From: Ostrea edulis
Lineage: Eukaryota
Assembly: GCF_947568905.1 (NCBI RefSeq)
Contig: NC_079166.1
Span: 36,704,001-36,768,000 of the forward strand
Length of the DNA: 64,000 nt
Direction of reading: 5' to 3'
Shown: piece by piece, positions 1 to 11,944 of the stretch
Layout: every line of letters begins with the position of its first letter
Position numbering within the stretch: position 1 is the stretch's first letter
Made by a program: the position numbers and the translations under genes
The notes under the pieces: generated by a model
What the model saw: only the letters and a program-made list of their open reading frames with translations
Told to the model about the DNA's origin: nothing
Database searches by the model: none

Positions 1-599
1 GAATTTGCCTCAAATCCAAATCCGTTCATACTGACCATGAACAGCTCAAAAGTGATGTTCATTTCTTAAATGTTTGTTAGTATGCTAAATCCACAAATTA
101 CGAGTCATTCTGACATACTTAAGAATGTAATATGGTTTAGTAAATCGCTTCACATATATTCACTTGCAGTTGACACAGACTTTTGTGATGATATTTATAG
201 GATGATAGCGCAATGTTTGGATTGTTCAGCCTAAATTGGAGGAGGCCTTCATTCTCCGGATATTCTTGTTGAACGCATGGGTAAAATTCTCGAAGTGTCC
301 CGATAGGGTACCCTCTTTTTGATCGGATGGTTTGCGATCAATTCAAGGCCGTGGTTGATTGACTGTTTAACATCCCTTTCATAATCTTACGCTCCTATAC
401 AGACATCAACTGCTTTAGATAAAGTGCCACAAATTTTAAGTTGTACTAGACAGTGAGGATTCTTTATCGTATTTTAGCACATAACGATTGGTCCTTTGCT
501 AAGCGTCGGGCTTGCGTGTGTGCGTGAATTAATTATGTCCTATAGCACCGTTTCGTTCGACCATCTGCATCATATAGTTTTAAGACAAAACAAGATATT

Positions 600-745
600 T
601 GAAAGGTGAAGTTAACGAACATTGATCAATCTCATAACTCTTACAAGCAATACAAAATAGATAGTTGAACAAACACAGACCCCTGGAGACACCAGAGGTG
701 GGATCAGGTGCCTAGAAGGAGTAAGCATCCCCTGTCGACCGGTTT
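600..745 (-). mobile_element. Penelope-like element terminal fragment (dispersed repeat) in paralog D intron 7
   Basis: GAAAGGTGAAG..AACGAAC..TGATCAATCTCATAACTC...CACCAGAGGTGGGATCAGGTGCCTAG. This is the reverse complement of the 3' end of the RT fragment at 6130-7225; further copies at 1656, 16472, 33667 and 39365. Confidence 0.75.
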
Positions 746-801
746 GAAGGATCTATAAATCTAAAAGAAATATGTTCCGGGGATAATCTTTTACAATTTA
801 C

Positions 802-2854
802 CTAGATCAACTTGCAACCATGAGCTTTTATCGACGCCTGTCCAGTAACCCCCATAGTTCTGTCTACCGTTGTAAGCATAAGAGTTGCCATTTGATTTGT
901 GAGCGGTCATCTGTGCGTCAGGAATCCATCTTTTACTTTGTATAACGCCGAGACTGTTACTTCTACAATCTAAAGTAAAACACCACTAACTGCACAGCTT
1001 ATACTTAATGAAGTAAAACGCCACCGACTGCAGCTTATATTTATTTTAAAAATAAAACACCTCTGAGTGCACAGCTTATATTTAAGAATGTGATTTTCGG
1101 ATTGGTCGAAAACATACTCAGACTTTCAGTTGAAATGAAAATATTAGGATTTGTCGTACCTCCCTTCAAATGAGCAGAATTCGACAAATCTGAGATCAAA
1201 CATTATCCTACCTAGGTTACACGTTCTTCCGCCGTACGGGTGCGCGCAATGACATGTGTAACTTCCCCTTATTTCCTCACAGCGTCCTTCATGGATGCAG
1301 GGATTGGAGTCGCATTTGTTAGCACCTGTTGAAACGCATAAAAGCCAGTACAGTGCAATATATTGTCTTGACGCATTCTGTTTCAGTAAACAACATCGTA
1401 TTTACCCCGAATTAACATCTTAAACACGTTGTCAGCATGTTTCCCATGTTCGTCAAAGGCCCGTATGGTAAAGGTGTATAGCTCCTCTGTATTTGGGGCC
1501 AGCCCCTTCAGGGTACCCCTCACTGAGTCCAGTTTGATTCCTGGTGGCAGCTCTCCGCTAACCAGGTAGTATGTTAGTTTTGTTCCTTCGGGATCCTAAA
1601 TTATATACCGTATTAATTATTTGCAAGCATCACATGTAATGGCATATGCTTAGATGAAAGGTGAAAGTAACAGTGATCAATCAAGCAATACAAAATAGAT
1701 AGTTGGACAAACATGGACCCCTGGACACACCAGAGGTGAGATCAGGTGCCTAGGAGGAAACATCCCTTGTCGACCGATCACACCCACCGTGATCCCTATA
1801 TCTTGAACAGGTAAATGGAATTATCCGTAGTCAAAATCAGTATGCCAGGAACGGTCTAACAAACGGTATGAAACACGTCAGACAGCATTTGACCCAATGA
1901 TAGGTTGTATACTCGTACAATTCAAGAGGTCTTTCGTCCATACCAAGATTTTTGCACCAAGTTGTTTGGTCTCTCTTTTTTATACGCCCGTCTTTATATA
2001 TACCTAAGAGAGGTCAGACTTCTTTTACATCGGTCCCCTCTGTTGTTATAGTATAAAAGAAAGATAACTTCCCAATGCCAGGCTTCCGAAGGCGAGTGCA
2101 TGAACTTTATTGCAGGAAAGTATTTTAGTTCTGTTGATTATATGATCAGTGAAACATAACAACGCAAGTTCTCGTTGAACTTGTAAAATCGATGAAATAC
2201 TCACTGATGCTCTCAATTGAATATTGACTTTTTGACCGCTGTGGAATTCCCCCACATAGCCGAAAGGAGAGTGGTCCTCCCACACTGGCGGGAGGCTGAC
2301 GATAAGCTGTGAAGAAAAACCAGGAAAGGTGTTGCGATATTTTCTTTTGAGGTGGTAGTTGTTCAAAAAGGCACATCATCAATAACAAGTAATGACAATA
2401 TAATCATATTGATTTTATGGAATTTCTAAGAAAACATTTTACATAAATTATATTTTTGTCATACCTGTATCAGATAGAAAAGGTCTTCTCCGTCAAAATA
2501 CACACTTCCGGTTTTATTTGCCCCTGGTGCAATTCTAATGTTTCCATTGTAGCCAGACTAAATTGTACAAAGCGAAAGCATATATTTATATACAATGTGT
2601 GGTTATTCTGTCAGACAGATTTAGTAAACATTATACCAGAAGTGTGAGGTTTCCGTCCTGTTCCGCAATAACGTCAACATGTGGTCGGTGTATATTCAGG
2701 GCGCTGTAAGAATAGTGGGAAGTAGACATCAAAAAGAAGCATTTCTTAACGCTTAACAATTACTGCTGATCATACGGTGAATGACTTACTCGAATGGAGT
2801 AGACGCCGATGCAACGGTCAGCAACGTCCACCACACTGTCAAAGTCCAGAACAT
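802..2854 (-). CDS. Paralog D (3'-partial): secreted cubilin-N-like / Ig-like (He_PIG) / EGF / F5/8 type C protein
   Basis: Exons 2854-2790, 2703-2637, 2557-2465, 2306-2205, 1595-1406, 1325-1212, 969-802 (65, 67, 93, 102, 190, 114, 168 nt). All are GT-AG and phase-compatible. Translation: MFWTLTVWWTLLTVASA...RPHVDVIAEQDGNLTLLSGYNGNIRIAPG...SLPPVWEDHS...DPEGTKLTYYLVSGELPPGIKLD...KCDSNPCIHEGRCE...IPDAQMTAH...SSWLQVDL. Exons 8-9 were not found and are presumably left of base 1. Confidence 0.9.
975..1085. repeat. Three degenerate ~38-nt tandem units next to the paralog D exon 7 acceptor
   Basis: TAAAACACCACTAACTGCACAGCTTATA-like unit seen three times. Confidence 0.55.
1656..1915 (-). mobile_element. 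Penelope-like element terminal fragment in paralog D intron 4
   Basis: Same family as 600-745, extended by GTAAATGGAATTATCCGTAGTCAAAATCAG...CAGCATTTGACCCAATGATAGGTTG. Confidence 0.75.
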
Positions 2855-3238
2855 GACTCAAGTCTCAAGAACTACGCTTTTAAGAATTTAGTCAACCTAG
2901 AACACACACATAAGCAAGATCACTCCTCTCTTAAAACTAATGAAAATAAATAAAACACCGAAACAACAAGCCTTCTGTTCAGTGTTCTTTTCGTATTATT
3001 ACTTGATAGAAACAATAAACGGAAATGCGCACAGAAGTTTAGATGTTACCGGAAAAGTAATTTCATACCTTATGTAGAAATCATCACCTTTCGTTTGTTT
3101 GAGGAAATCTCTAGATACGATTGCAATCTTTGGTAGTTAGAAAACTGTATGAGATTAATATCCGTATCAGATAGAGGCCTCCTGGGTCTCTGCAAAGCAT
3201 TAAAGTCAGATGGTGACGTGCAAAAGGGAAGCGCCAAA
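2855..3238. promoter_or_regulatory. Putative bidirectional promoter of the D/A pair
   Basis: Only 384 bp lie between the divergent ATGs (2854 minus, 3239 plus). The promoter role is inferred from geometry; no TSS data. Confidence 0.6.
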
Positions 3239-5867
3239 ATGTCCAGGCTACTCATCCTCGTATTTTCTGTTTTTATTTTAACGAAATTTGATATTTGTAC
3301 TGCAAGGTAAATTTTTTAAACTTTTCTATATATTATACATTTTATGAAAGGTAATTTTAATCGTTAATGTGACCACACAATTAATTCTGATAAGGACTGA
3401 CTTTATATCAACTGTGGGTTTAACTGAACGACATTTTTTCCAGTTTCTTTGACATCCAATACCCCGATGTCTTCTTTACGGCTGAACAAGGTGGAAATGT
3501 TACGATCAGGGTAAAATACTATCAGAACAACCTTAGAGAATTTGTGAATTACACAGTTTTACAGTCTTTTGTAATTCAATACACCAAAACTAATGCTTTT
3601 TAATGGTAGTTTATATTTCTTGATGTTTTTCTGTATTAGGCTGGGCCAAATGGGGGCGACATTATCATGATTCCACAAGGCAATGGCACGGTTTTCATTG
3701 GCCAGACGGATATGCTTAAACTTTTTCAGGTAAGATCCTTGTCCCAGTATCAAATTGAATTGTGGGATATCGTCCTCATTGTGCTTTTTAATATCGGTTG
3801 AAAACAGCTTTGATAACTTCCTTATTTCTTCCCTTCGCTATTTCATCCTGTAGATTGTCAATAGTCTTCCACCTGTTTGGAGTGAAAAGTCACCGCATGG
3901 AACCCTGGGAACCTTTCTAGGAGGGAAATCAGTGTCTCTCAGTGTTTCTGCTCAGGTATGTCACATATTACCTGGAAATTAAGTAGAAAAATAAGTAAAA
4001 TGTTTTGGAAGGAAAAAATTTAACTCCGATTTATATATCAAATAGGATCCTGAAAATGGAAAAGTTACATACGAAAAGGTATCTGGAGCACTGCCACCTG
4101 GTATTCATTTGGACAAAAATACAGGGGCGATAACTGGACGCATTCCTGACGTTGATGCAACTTACGAATTTGGAATTCGAGTTACAGATAGTCATGGAAA
4201 ATATGCAGATCAAATCTTTTCCATTGATACAAGAGGTTCTCGCATATTGTTAATGTTTGGTTTTTTTTATTAGCGCAACATGATTTGGTGCAATAAGTAT
4301 TTTTGAAGATTTTAAAATAATTCATCTATGCATTTTCGATTTTATATTGTTTCTTTCTCCTTTAAGTGAGTAGTACGATCAAACCGTTACTCTGTAATAT
4401 ACGAGTAATTTTCCATTTTGGTTAAACTTTTTAAAAAAAAATGTTATTAACTGTTTTCATATACAGTGCATATACCTGATATATTAATTTTGTGTGTGTA
4501 ATTGTAGAGAGAGACCAGTGTTTGAGCACACCCTGTTTACATGGGGGAACTTGCAGTGACGATATAGATGATTTTGTATGCGCATGTGCAAAACCTTACG
4601 GTGGAAAAACGTGCAATATAAGTAATATCTGTCTTAGTGTTATTTTGCGATCTACCAAAAATTACTACATCAACATTTTTGTAGAAACTGTCTTTTTCTT
4701 TAGATTGTGGCTCTATGCCTGTTGGAATAGATCTGAACAACAAGAAAATTCCGGACGCACAGATGTCTTGTCACTACTGTTATGGTGACAGTGCTGGAAT
4801 TGACGGTCGGCTTCACGCCCCACAAGGCTGGGTGGGCCAAAATACAAACTCGTGGCTACAGGTAGTGTTTAACATATTTACTGTAGCAATGTCATTTTTT
4901 GTGTGTTGCTTATAGTCAAATGGTTAGAACATCTGGTTAGCAAACTCGTGACTTCGATACAGGCTTTTTTAACACAAATTGAAACTCCTATTAATAGGTC
5001 CTATATTCAGATTTAGCCCTGCAGTTGTACTCCTATTAAGAGGTCATATATTCAGATTTAGCCCTGCAGTGGTACTCCTATTAATATGTTCTATATTCGG
5101 ATTTAGTCCTGCAGTTGTACCCCTATTAAGAGGCCCTATATTCAGATTTAGCCCTGCAGTTGTACTCCTATTACGAGGTCCTATATTCAGATTTAGCCCT
5201 GCAGTTGTACCCCTATTAAGAGGCCCTATATTCAGATTTAGCCCTGCAGTTGTACGTTTGTAGGTTGACCTGGGGAAGGAAATGGAGCTTCATGCTGTAG
5301 CAAACCAAGGCTATACATCATCCAGTTACTACATCCTGACCTACACAATCAAATACAGCGTGGACGGAAACCAGTTCTATGACGTCAAGAACGGAACGAC
5401 CGTCATGGTAAATATTATCTAAGGAATCGTTTTATTTTCTGGGAGTTCGTTTATTGTGGGCAACCCCATTACTGCGAATTTTAAAAAGTTTCATCGAAAA
5501 GCACAATTTACACAATATTTTAATGTGTAGAGAACATCCATAAAAAAAACCAACATGCCAACCAAATCTTGGCAATCCAGGTGAATTGACCCTCCCCAAT
5601 TTAAATAATTCCACTGTATATTACTTTCGTCATATTCCTGAATACAGTTATTATGTTAAAGGATTTGTAAAAACAAATGTGAATGATTCATTTCAGTAAT
5701 GTGTACAAACATTTTACTTTCAGGATTTTAGTGGAAGCAGTAACGTGAACTCCGTAGTAAAACACACATTCCTGACACCGTTTAGAGCACGATTTGTTAA
5801 ATTCATACCGAAGACCTTTCACAGCAAACCCGGGATGAGAGTGGAACTGTACGGATGTGATGTTTAG
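3239..5867 (+). CDS. Paralog A: secreted cubilin-N-like / Ig-like / EGF / F5/8 type C protein, 358 aa
   Basis: Exons 3239-3306, 3444-3510, 3640-3729, 3854-3955, 4046-4235, 4508-4621, 4704-4861, 5264-5407, 5724-5867 total 1077 nt with an open frame. Translation: MSRLLILVFSVFILTKFDICTA...AGPNGGDIIMIPQGNGTVFIGQTDMLKLFQ...SGALPPGIHLDKNTGAITG...QCLSTPCLHGGTC...WLQVDLG...PGMRVELYGCDV*. AATAAA follows at 5883. Confidence 0.93.
4984..5255. repeat. 45-nt minisatellite, about 6 copies, in paralog A intron 7
   Basis: Unit CTATTAAGAGGTCCTATATTCAGATTTAGCCCTGCAGTTGTACTC. It accounts for ORF 4979-5263. Confidence 0.9.
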
Positions 5868-6129
5868 ATCTGAATTGCATCCAATAAAAATATGTAGTCA
5901 TCTTGTCTTCATTTACTTATAGGTCTCATGACTAACTCATTACAATGCGTTTCTGCCCGTTGTCATGCGATATCTGCCGTTTGTAAACTTTGAACTTTTT
6001 TTCAATTCTCTTCTTACACCATTCGACCAGTTTTGGTCACGGGAATGAAAATTGTAAATTTTGTTTTTTACCACAACCTCAAAGGTGAGATAAATACCTG
6101 TTTTATTTATTAACAATGTTCAATTGCAT

Positions 6130-7225
6130 CCATATGTTGATTCGATACATCCCAGTGAACTCAAAATAAAAGACATCAGTCTTCCATATTTGCTTCATAT
6201 TTGTATATTTTATTGAATATGAATCTTAACGGCAAACTGAAAACTCAACTTTATGACAAACGACAATGACAAATCAGCTTCTCCATCGTCAAATTCCCAT
6301 ACTGATTCCACCCACAAGTACTCTGAAGTTGAAATTAAAAATATGCTGGAGTTCCTCATTGACAATATGTTCGTAGTCTTTGGTGATCAGGTCTTCCAAC
6401 ATTCTGTTGGAATTCCCATGGACACGAACTGTGCTCCTTTGGTTTTTGATCTGTTTATATATTCTTATGAGGCAGAATTTATTCAAAAGCTTTTACATGA
6501 GAAGAAAAAATCTCTTGCAGTGGCCTTCATCTAGACATGTAGATATATCGAAGACATTTTATTTATTAACAATAATCATTTGCATTCATATGTCGATTCG
6601 ATATATCCCAGTGAAGTCGAAATAAGAAGACACCACAGAGTCCTCCACATCTTCTTCGTACTTAGATATTTCATTGAAAATAGTTATTAATGACAATCTA
6701 AAAACACAAATTATAACAAACGGGATGATTTCAGCTTCTCCATCGTCAACTTCCCATATTTATGTAGCAATATTCCATAATCACCTGCATATGGTGTTTA
6801 TATATCTCAATTCATTCGATGCACAAGAGCTTGTTCTGCGTATGATCAGTTTTTAAATCGAGAAAGACTGCTTACAATCACGTTGATATTACAGAGTTTC
6901 AACAGTCTCTTTCAGCAGTCAGCATTTTGCAAATTCTATGGTCGTTATAACGATCTAGTTTGCCCATACAACCTTTTATTTGGTCAAATGCTTTCTGATA
7001 TGTTTCATACGAATTTTTAGGCCGTTCTTTACACACTAATTCTCTGTTTATCTGATCGAGATTTAGGGCTCACGGCGGGTGTGACTGTTCGACAGGGGAT
7101 GCTTACTCCTTCTAGGCACTTGATCCCACCTCTGGTATATCCAGGGGTCCGTATTTGCCCAGCTTTACTTTGTATTACTTATAAGAGTTATGAGATTGAT
7201 CACTGTTCGTTATCTTCACCTTTTC
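6130..7225 (+). mobile_element. Degenerate Penelope-like retroelement reverse transcriptase fragment plus 3' terminal sequence
   Basis: Translation includes MLEFLIDNMFVVFGDQVFQHSVGIPMDTNCAPLVFDLFIYSYEAEFIQKL, then RYIEDIL, then DDFSFSIVNFPYLCSNIP and AYGVYISQ. These are RT motifs typical of PLEs. Stops and frameshifts are present. Confidence 0.85.
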
Positions 7226-7269
7226 GTGTACCAATTTTCCATGACCTGTATATGACGTTTATGTCTCTC

Positions 7270-7660
7270 GATTGATTCGATAGGCTAGAGAATGTTTTGC
7301 GTATGATCAATTTTTAAATCAATGCGAGTTACTGACAAAAAGTTTATATTATATGGGTTTTAACAATTTTGTATGAAATAAACATTTCACAAATTCTATG
7401 GTCGTTATAATGATCTTATTTGCAAAGGTAGGTCGAATGCCGTCTGACATGTTTCATACATGTACCAATTGTTCGGCCGTTCTCAAAATAGAGGGCATAT
7501 GGCAAGTGTGGTCCGTCAATAGGGAATTCTTACTCCTCCAAGGCACCTGATTCCACCTTTGTTGAGTTTATGGATCTGTCTTTGCCCTACTCTCAATTTG
7601 CTATTCTTTACAGGATGAATGAAATTAATCACTGATTGCTCCACTTTCAAAATCAATCTT
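7270..7660 (+). mobile_element. Second, more decayed Penelope-like fragment
   Basis: Repeats the AAATTCTATGGTCGTTATAA..GATCT and TACTCCTCC.AGGCACCTGAT motifs of 6950-7220. Confidence 0.65.
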
Positions 7661-8799
7661 TTAACACATTTTCCTCCTTTCTCTTGAACTTGAAGCAGAC
7701 AAACCGGGTTTACAGTTACAATGAGCTGGGACACATCTATTAATAATGTCTAAAGTTTCTTGCTCAGTGTTTGAGGCCCCAGGGTGGGTGTTCAATAGGT
7801 CATAGAGTAAAATCTATTATTTCAACCTTTCAATCTGCTTCGCTCAGAAACATCTTGCAGAAAAAATTGGGTGCTTAGTTAATTTATAATAGGCATAAAG
7901 TTTCCTACTAAAATTGTGAAATCTATGACCCAAGGGTGTGGGATCCAGGTACATGGTGGTGCATAGGTTATATACACTATCAACAAATCGTTGAAATTGT
8001 TCTTCACTCCTGGATATTCATCAGACAAATGGTAGCATAATTATAAAGTCTTTTAAAGACTTTTAATGAAATTGTAAAACTTCAATAACCCTTGGTCTGG
8101 TGTATAGGCTTTGGGACATAACTTTACAGAATTTATGTAATAAACCTGTAAAAACCTCCCTCACTCCCACAATTCTAGCCGACAAATTTGATAAATGGTT
8201 ATCTTGAGCTTATAGCCCTCTTCCAGTAGTAAGGAGCTCATATCCCCATGTTTAACCATAGTACCTTGTTTGAGGTTCTGTTGTATTTCGGATGAATATT
8301 TCTATATGATCCTAAGCAAGCGTTGTTGATTTTTTTTTTTCAGATAACAAATGTCATTCTTTTTTTTTTTTTACGAGATTTATGAATTAGCTTCATGATA
8401 TAACCACCGAAATTGATTCACAAAACTATTGTGGTGTAAATTGGCAAACATAGAACACCTACGATATTGTAGGTGTAGTACACCATTACACGTAACATAG
8501 TTAGACCTAATATCACTTGATCTACCGCAAGAGAACCGCAAGCTTAAAAGCTTCTTCACAAGATATCGGCAATTATCCCGCCAAAATGAGGGGTGAATTT
8601 TGCTACTGTCATGAAGTGAGTTTTTGATCAAATTATGAAACCAGGACAATTGATTCTTGCATAGAGGTTTTAAGAGCCTTTGGTCAACGTTATTGCAAAT
8701 GTGACAGATTCATTTTTCTACATAAAAATAATAATGCAATTTTTTTTCTTTACAAGTTTTAATTATTAAAAGAAAATCCCACAATTGTTATTTCAAGAG

Positions 8800-11695
8800 T
8801 TAAAGAATTTTTGTTTGTCGCTGGTAATGACATCCATATAGGTCTACCTTCAGTTGCGGTTTGTTGTGATATGAAGTAGGATGAAATCGAACAAATCGCG
8901 CATCAACAGGAACCGGAAGTGAATACTTGTAATTCCCAGTGGATGCATGAAAGGCCTAGGAGAAAATCATCAGATTATAACCAAATATTTGTTACAATCT
9001 GTTACAATCGTATAATAATTATTCGAAATGATTTGTAAAGACATGATTTCGAAATTTCCTTTTAGCTGATGAAACCTCTGTCTTGAACTAAAATGTAAGT
9101 TAAATTCGTGCTTACATGTTTTCCTCCATTTGTGTTGTTAACGGAGAGGAATGTGGTGCCATCTACGCTAACAGAAAGGGTGTATGCGGTACTGTAGTAC
9201 GAAGAACTGTAACCCTGGTTCCGTACAGCGTACACTTTGGTCAGGTTACCTTATAACACAAAGGAATACATCGGTAAATACCCATTACAAACAACGTAAG
9301 CACCAACACTTTCAAGAAACTCTTTGAATTCTCTAACTCCATATTACATTTCTATATCTGCTGAAACATCGTATAATAAATTTGTTATATATGAAGACAT
9401 TACCTAAATCTACCTGTAACCACGAGTTGCTGTTAGATCCCACCCATCCATATCCAGAAGCACCATATCGTCCATTAGATTCCAAGTAGGTACTGTACGT
9501 AAGGTATCCGGACATTTGCGCATCTGGTATCTTGTTTCTATCATTTACCCCCAAACTCTGGGACACACAAGCTGACATAAACGAAGATCTATGTGATTTA
9601 ATACGCGATTAACAATCAAGGTCTGATAGGAGTAATAGAAAATATAAATGGAGAGTTTTACGCAACTTCGCATTTCAATGTTTACATGTAACAGTTATCA
9701 AGACACAGGGATAGACATTAACTTTTCTTCTTTCTTGCCCTTCGGGCAAGTAAACTCGAAGTTTTACTTGTCCGAATGAAAAACTTAGTTGTCCGAAATA
9801 TTTTAGGCTCTGATAAGCCTGTCAACCAGTAACTCTAATTATCTTAATTATCTTTCTCTGTCAATGGTGGTACAGTACGATCTACTAGAATGGGCCTTCG
9901 CTATAATCTAACGATTTGGTAAAAAAAAAAAAAAAAAAAAACCAGTAAGATATGGAGTTGGACTGTACGTTCTAATATTTGATATTCATCAAGTTTAACA
10001 CAATTATTATAATAATCACATTTCCTATTTAAATAATCACTTGCCCCATCGGGCAAGTGTGTATCGAGTTTTACTTGTCTGAACTGGGTTTTCACTTGCC
10101 TCGGGCAATCGGACAACCGTTAATGTCGATCCCTGAGGCATCATTTAGTTTTGTTTTATTATATCATTCCATTTAAAACTGATAATGAAAAAACTTTCAA
10201 TTATCATGCCGAATCCCTATAGCAAATCCGTAATTAGGTAGCACAAATATAGAAATACTCACAAAATTCACATCTTGGACCTCCATATCCGGTTCGGCAT
10301 GTGCAGTTGAACCAACCTTTTGTATCTGTACACGTTCCACCGTGTAAGCAAGGGTTTGTTTCACAGTGATCTTTCACTACACAATCAACACAGAAATCAA
10401 TGCTAAAATTTATTATCACAAATAAATAAATAAATAAATAAATGATGATATGTTTCATGCGGATTTATTTTTATTTTTTTCAATTTCCATTGCAAGTTAT
10501 TCAAAAGGATATACCAATAGTTTCCATTTTGAAAAGAGCGTCAGCATATTTGTTGTGTTCATCGATGGCCCGAATGGTAAACTTGAAAATGTCTTCTACA
10601 TCCGGTATAATGCCTGTAATATGACCCGTGACGTTGTTCAGGGTCACGCCTTCCGGTAGTTCTCCAGAAACAACCATGAAATGGAGATTCGTACCTTCAG
10701 GATCCTAGTTTTAAATTAAAATGGCTGTATCGCAGCAAGTTCATATTCTACTGTTATGTTACAGTGTGCAAAATCGTAGTCGTTAAACTTACCTCGGCAT
10801 CAAGTTTGATGTTGATTCTCTGCTCGCCAATAAATGTTCCAAAGAAACCCATGTGCGCATGCTTTGACCAAATCGGAGGCATGCTTTTTGCCACCTGTGA
10901 ATGTGTACAATGTTACTGTATACGTTTATACAAATTTACCATTGTGGCATTACGAACGACTTGTAGATCAGCAATACCTCTATGATTTTCAGAATGTCGT
11001 CGTTCTCAAACATCACGGATCCGCCCGGTCCTGGTTTGAGGTATACATCTTTCAGGTCGTAACCAGACTGTAAAAATAATAAAGACAAACAAATATGTAC
11101 TTGATTTTGATTTCATGATTGGATTTTATGTTCAAGTATGTTTAAGAACGAGTTTGAAGTGTTTTTGTCAACTTTTAACTTCAAAGATCGCAATAAAGTG
11201 TTATCGTCACCATTTTGAATAAATCAGATGTTACATGTAACTTAATTGATGTGTAAACTAAATCTATCTATAGATTTTGTAATATGTCATAATTATTGAG
11301 TTGTTTGGTTGTTTGTTTTTTTTTAATTTATTTATTGGGGGGGGGGGGGGGGGGGGTCATCGGCACGTATGCTAAATCTTCGAAATGTCACATACACCAC
11401 TAAGATGAAGAGGAGATCATTTTCTTACCTGTAGAATAATGTCGCCATCAGCCGGTGCGTGCACGGAGAGACTAGGATATTGTATATCCAGAACACTGCA
11501 TAAGAAGAGGAGCTTTTTAATATCATAGTTTACATCAGAATTCTTTACAGGTAAATGTATATCATCAGTTTTCATTTTTAAGAATCCCAGACTTTTGAAT
11601 TAAAATTGAATTGAATATTGATAAGAAAATACCCACCCATCGTCACAGCGAATACTAGCTATGAAAAGTACAACAGGAAAGAGCCTGGCCACCAT
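8800..11695 (-). CDS. Paralog C: secreted cubilin-N-like / Ig-like / EGF / F5/8 type C protein, 359 aa
   Basis: Exons 11695-11637, 11495-11429, 11067-10978, 10894-10793, 10704-10515, 10376-10263, 9571-9404, 9249-9116, 8955-8800 total 1080 nt with an open frame. Translation: MVARLFPVVLFIASIRC...DIQYPSLSVHAPADGDIILQSGYDLKDVYLKPGPGGSVMFENDDILKIIE...HCETNPCLHGGTC...WLQVDLGNLTKVYAVRNQG...ARFVRFHP...LKVDLYGC...*. Confidence 0.92.
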
Positions 11696-11944
11696 TTTAA
11701 TGGCCTTGTGAAGACGTTTCCGACAAGGTCACAGCTCCAAAACGAGGGCGTAAAATAAAACTTCTGAGTTACTAGATACTGAAACATGGGGTCAGAGAGA
11801 TTACTGCTAAAATAATTAATAACATAAATAGACTGATTAATTATTTGGTAAACACACGAATTTAAAAATCGTCAAGGAAGAGCTTATGTACTAGGGCACC
11901 TTTTAATTTCGTCGTTTTTCTCTTCACTGACCCGTATATGCAGG
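11696..11944. promoter_or_regulatory. Putative bidirectional promoter of the C/B pair
   Basis: Only 249 bp lie between the divergent ATGs (11695 minus, 11945 plus). Inferred from geometry. Confidence 0.6.

Noticed and set aside
1-72. Possible exon 8 of paralog D (EMNITFELFMVSMNGFGFEAN)
   Set aside because: It lacks the AV.[TN]QG motif seen in exon 8 of A, B and C. The true exon is probably outside the window.
9333-9403. Read-through of paralog C exon 7 to a stop (VDLGNVFIYNKF...*), making C a truncated pseudogene
   Set aside because: A donor at 9403 and a phase-matched exon at 9249-9116 restore a full F5/8C domain, and paralog D shows the same junction.
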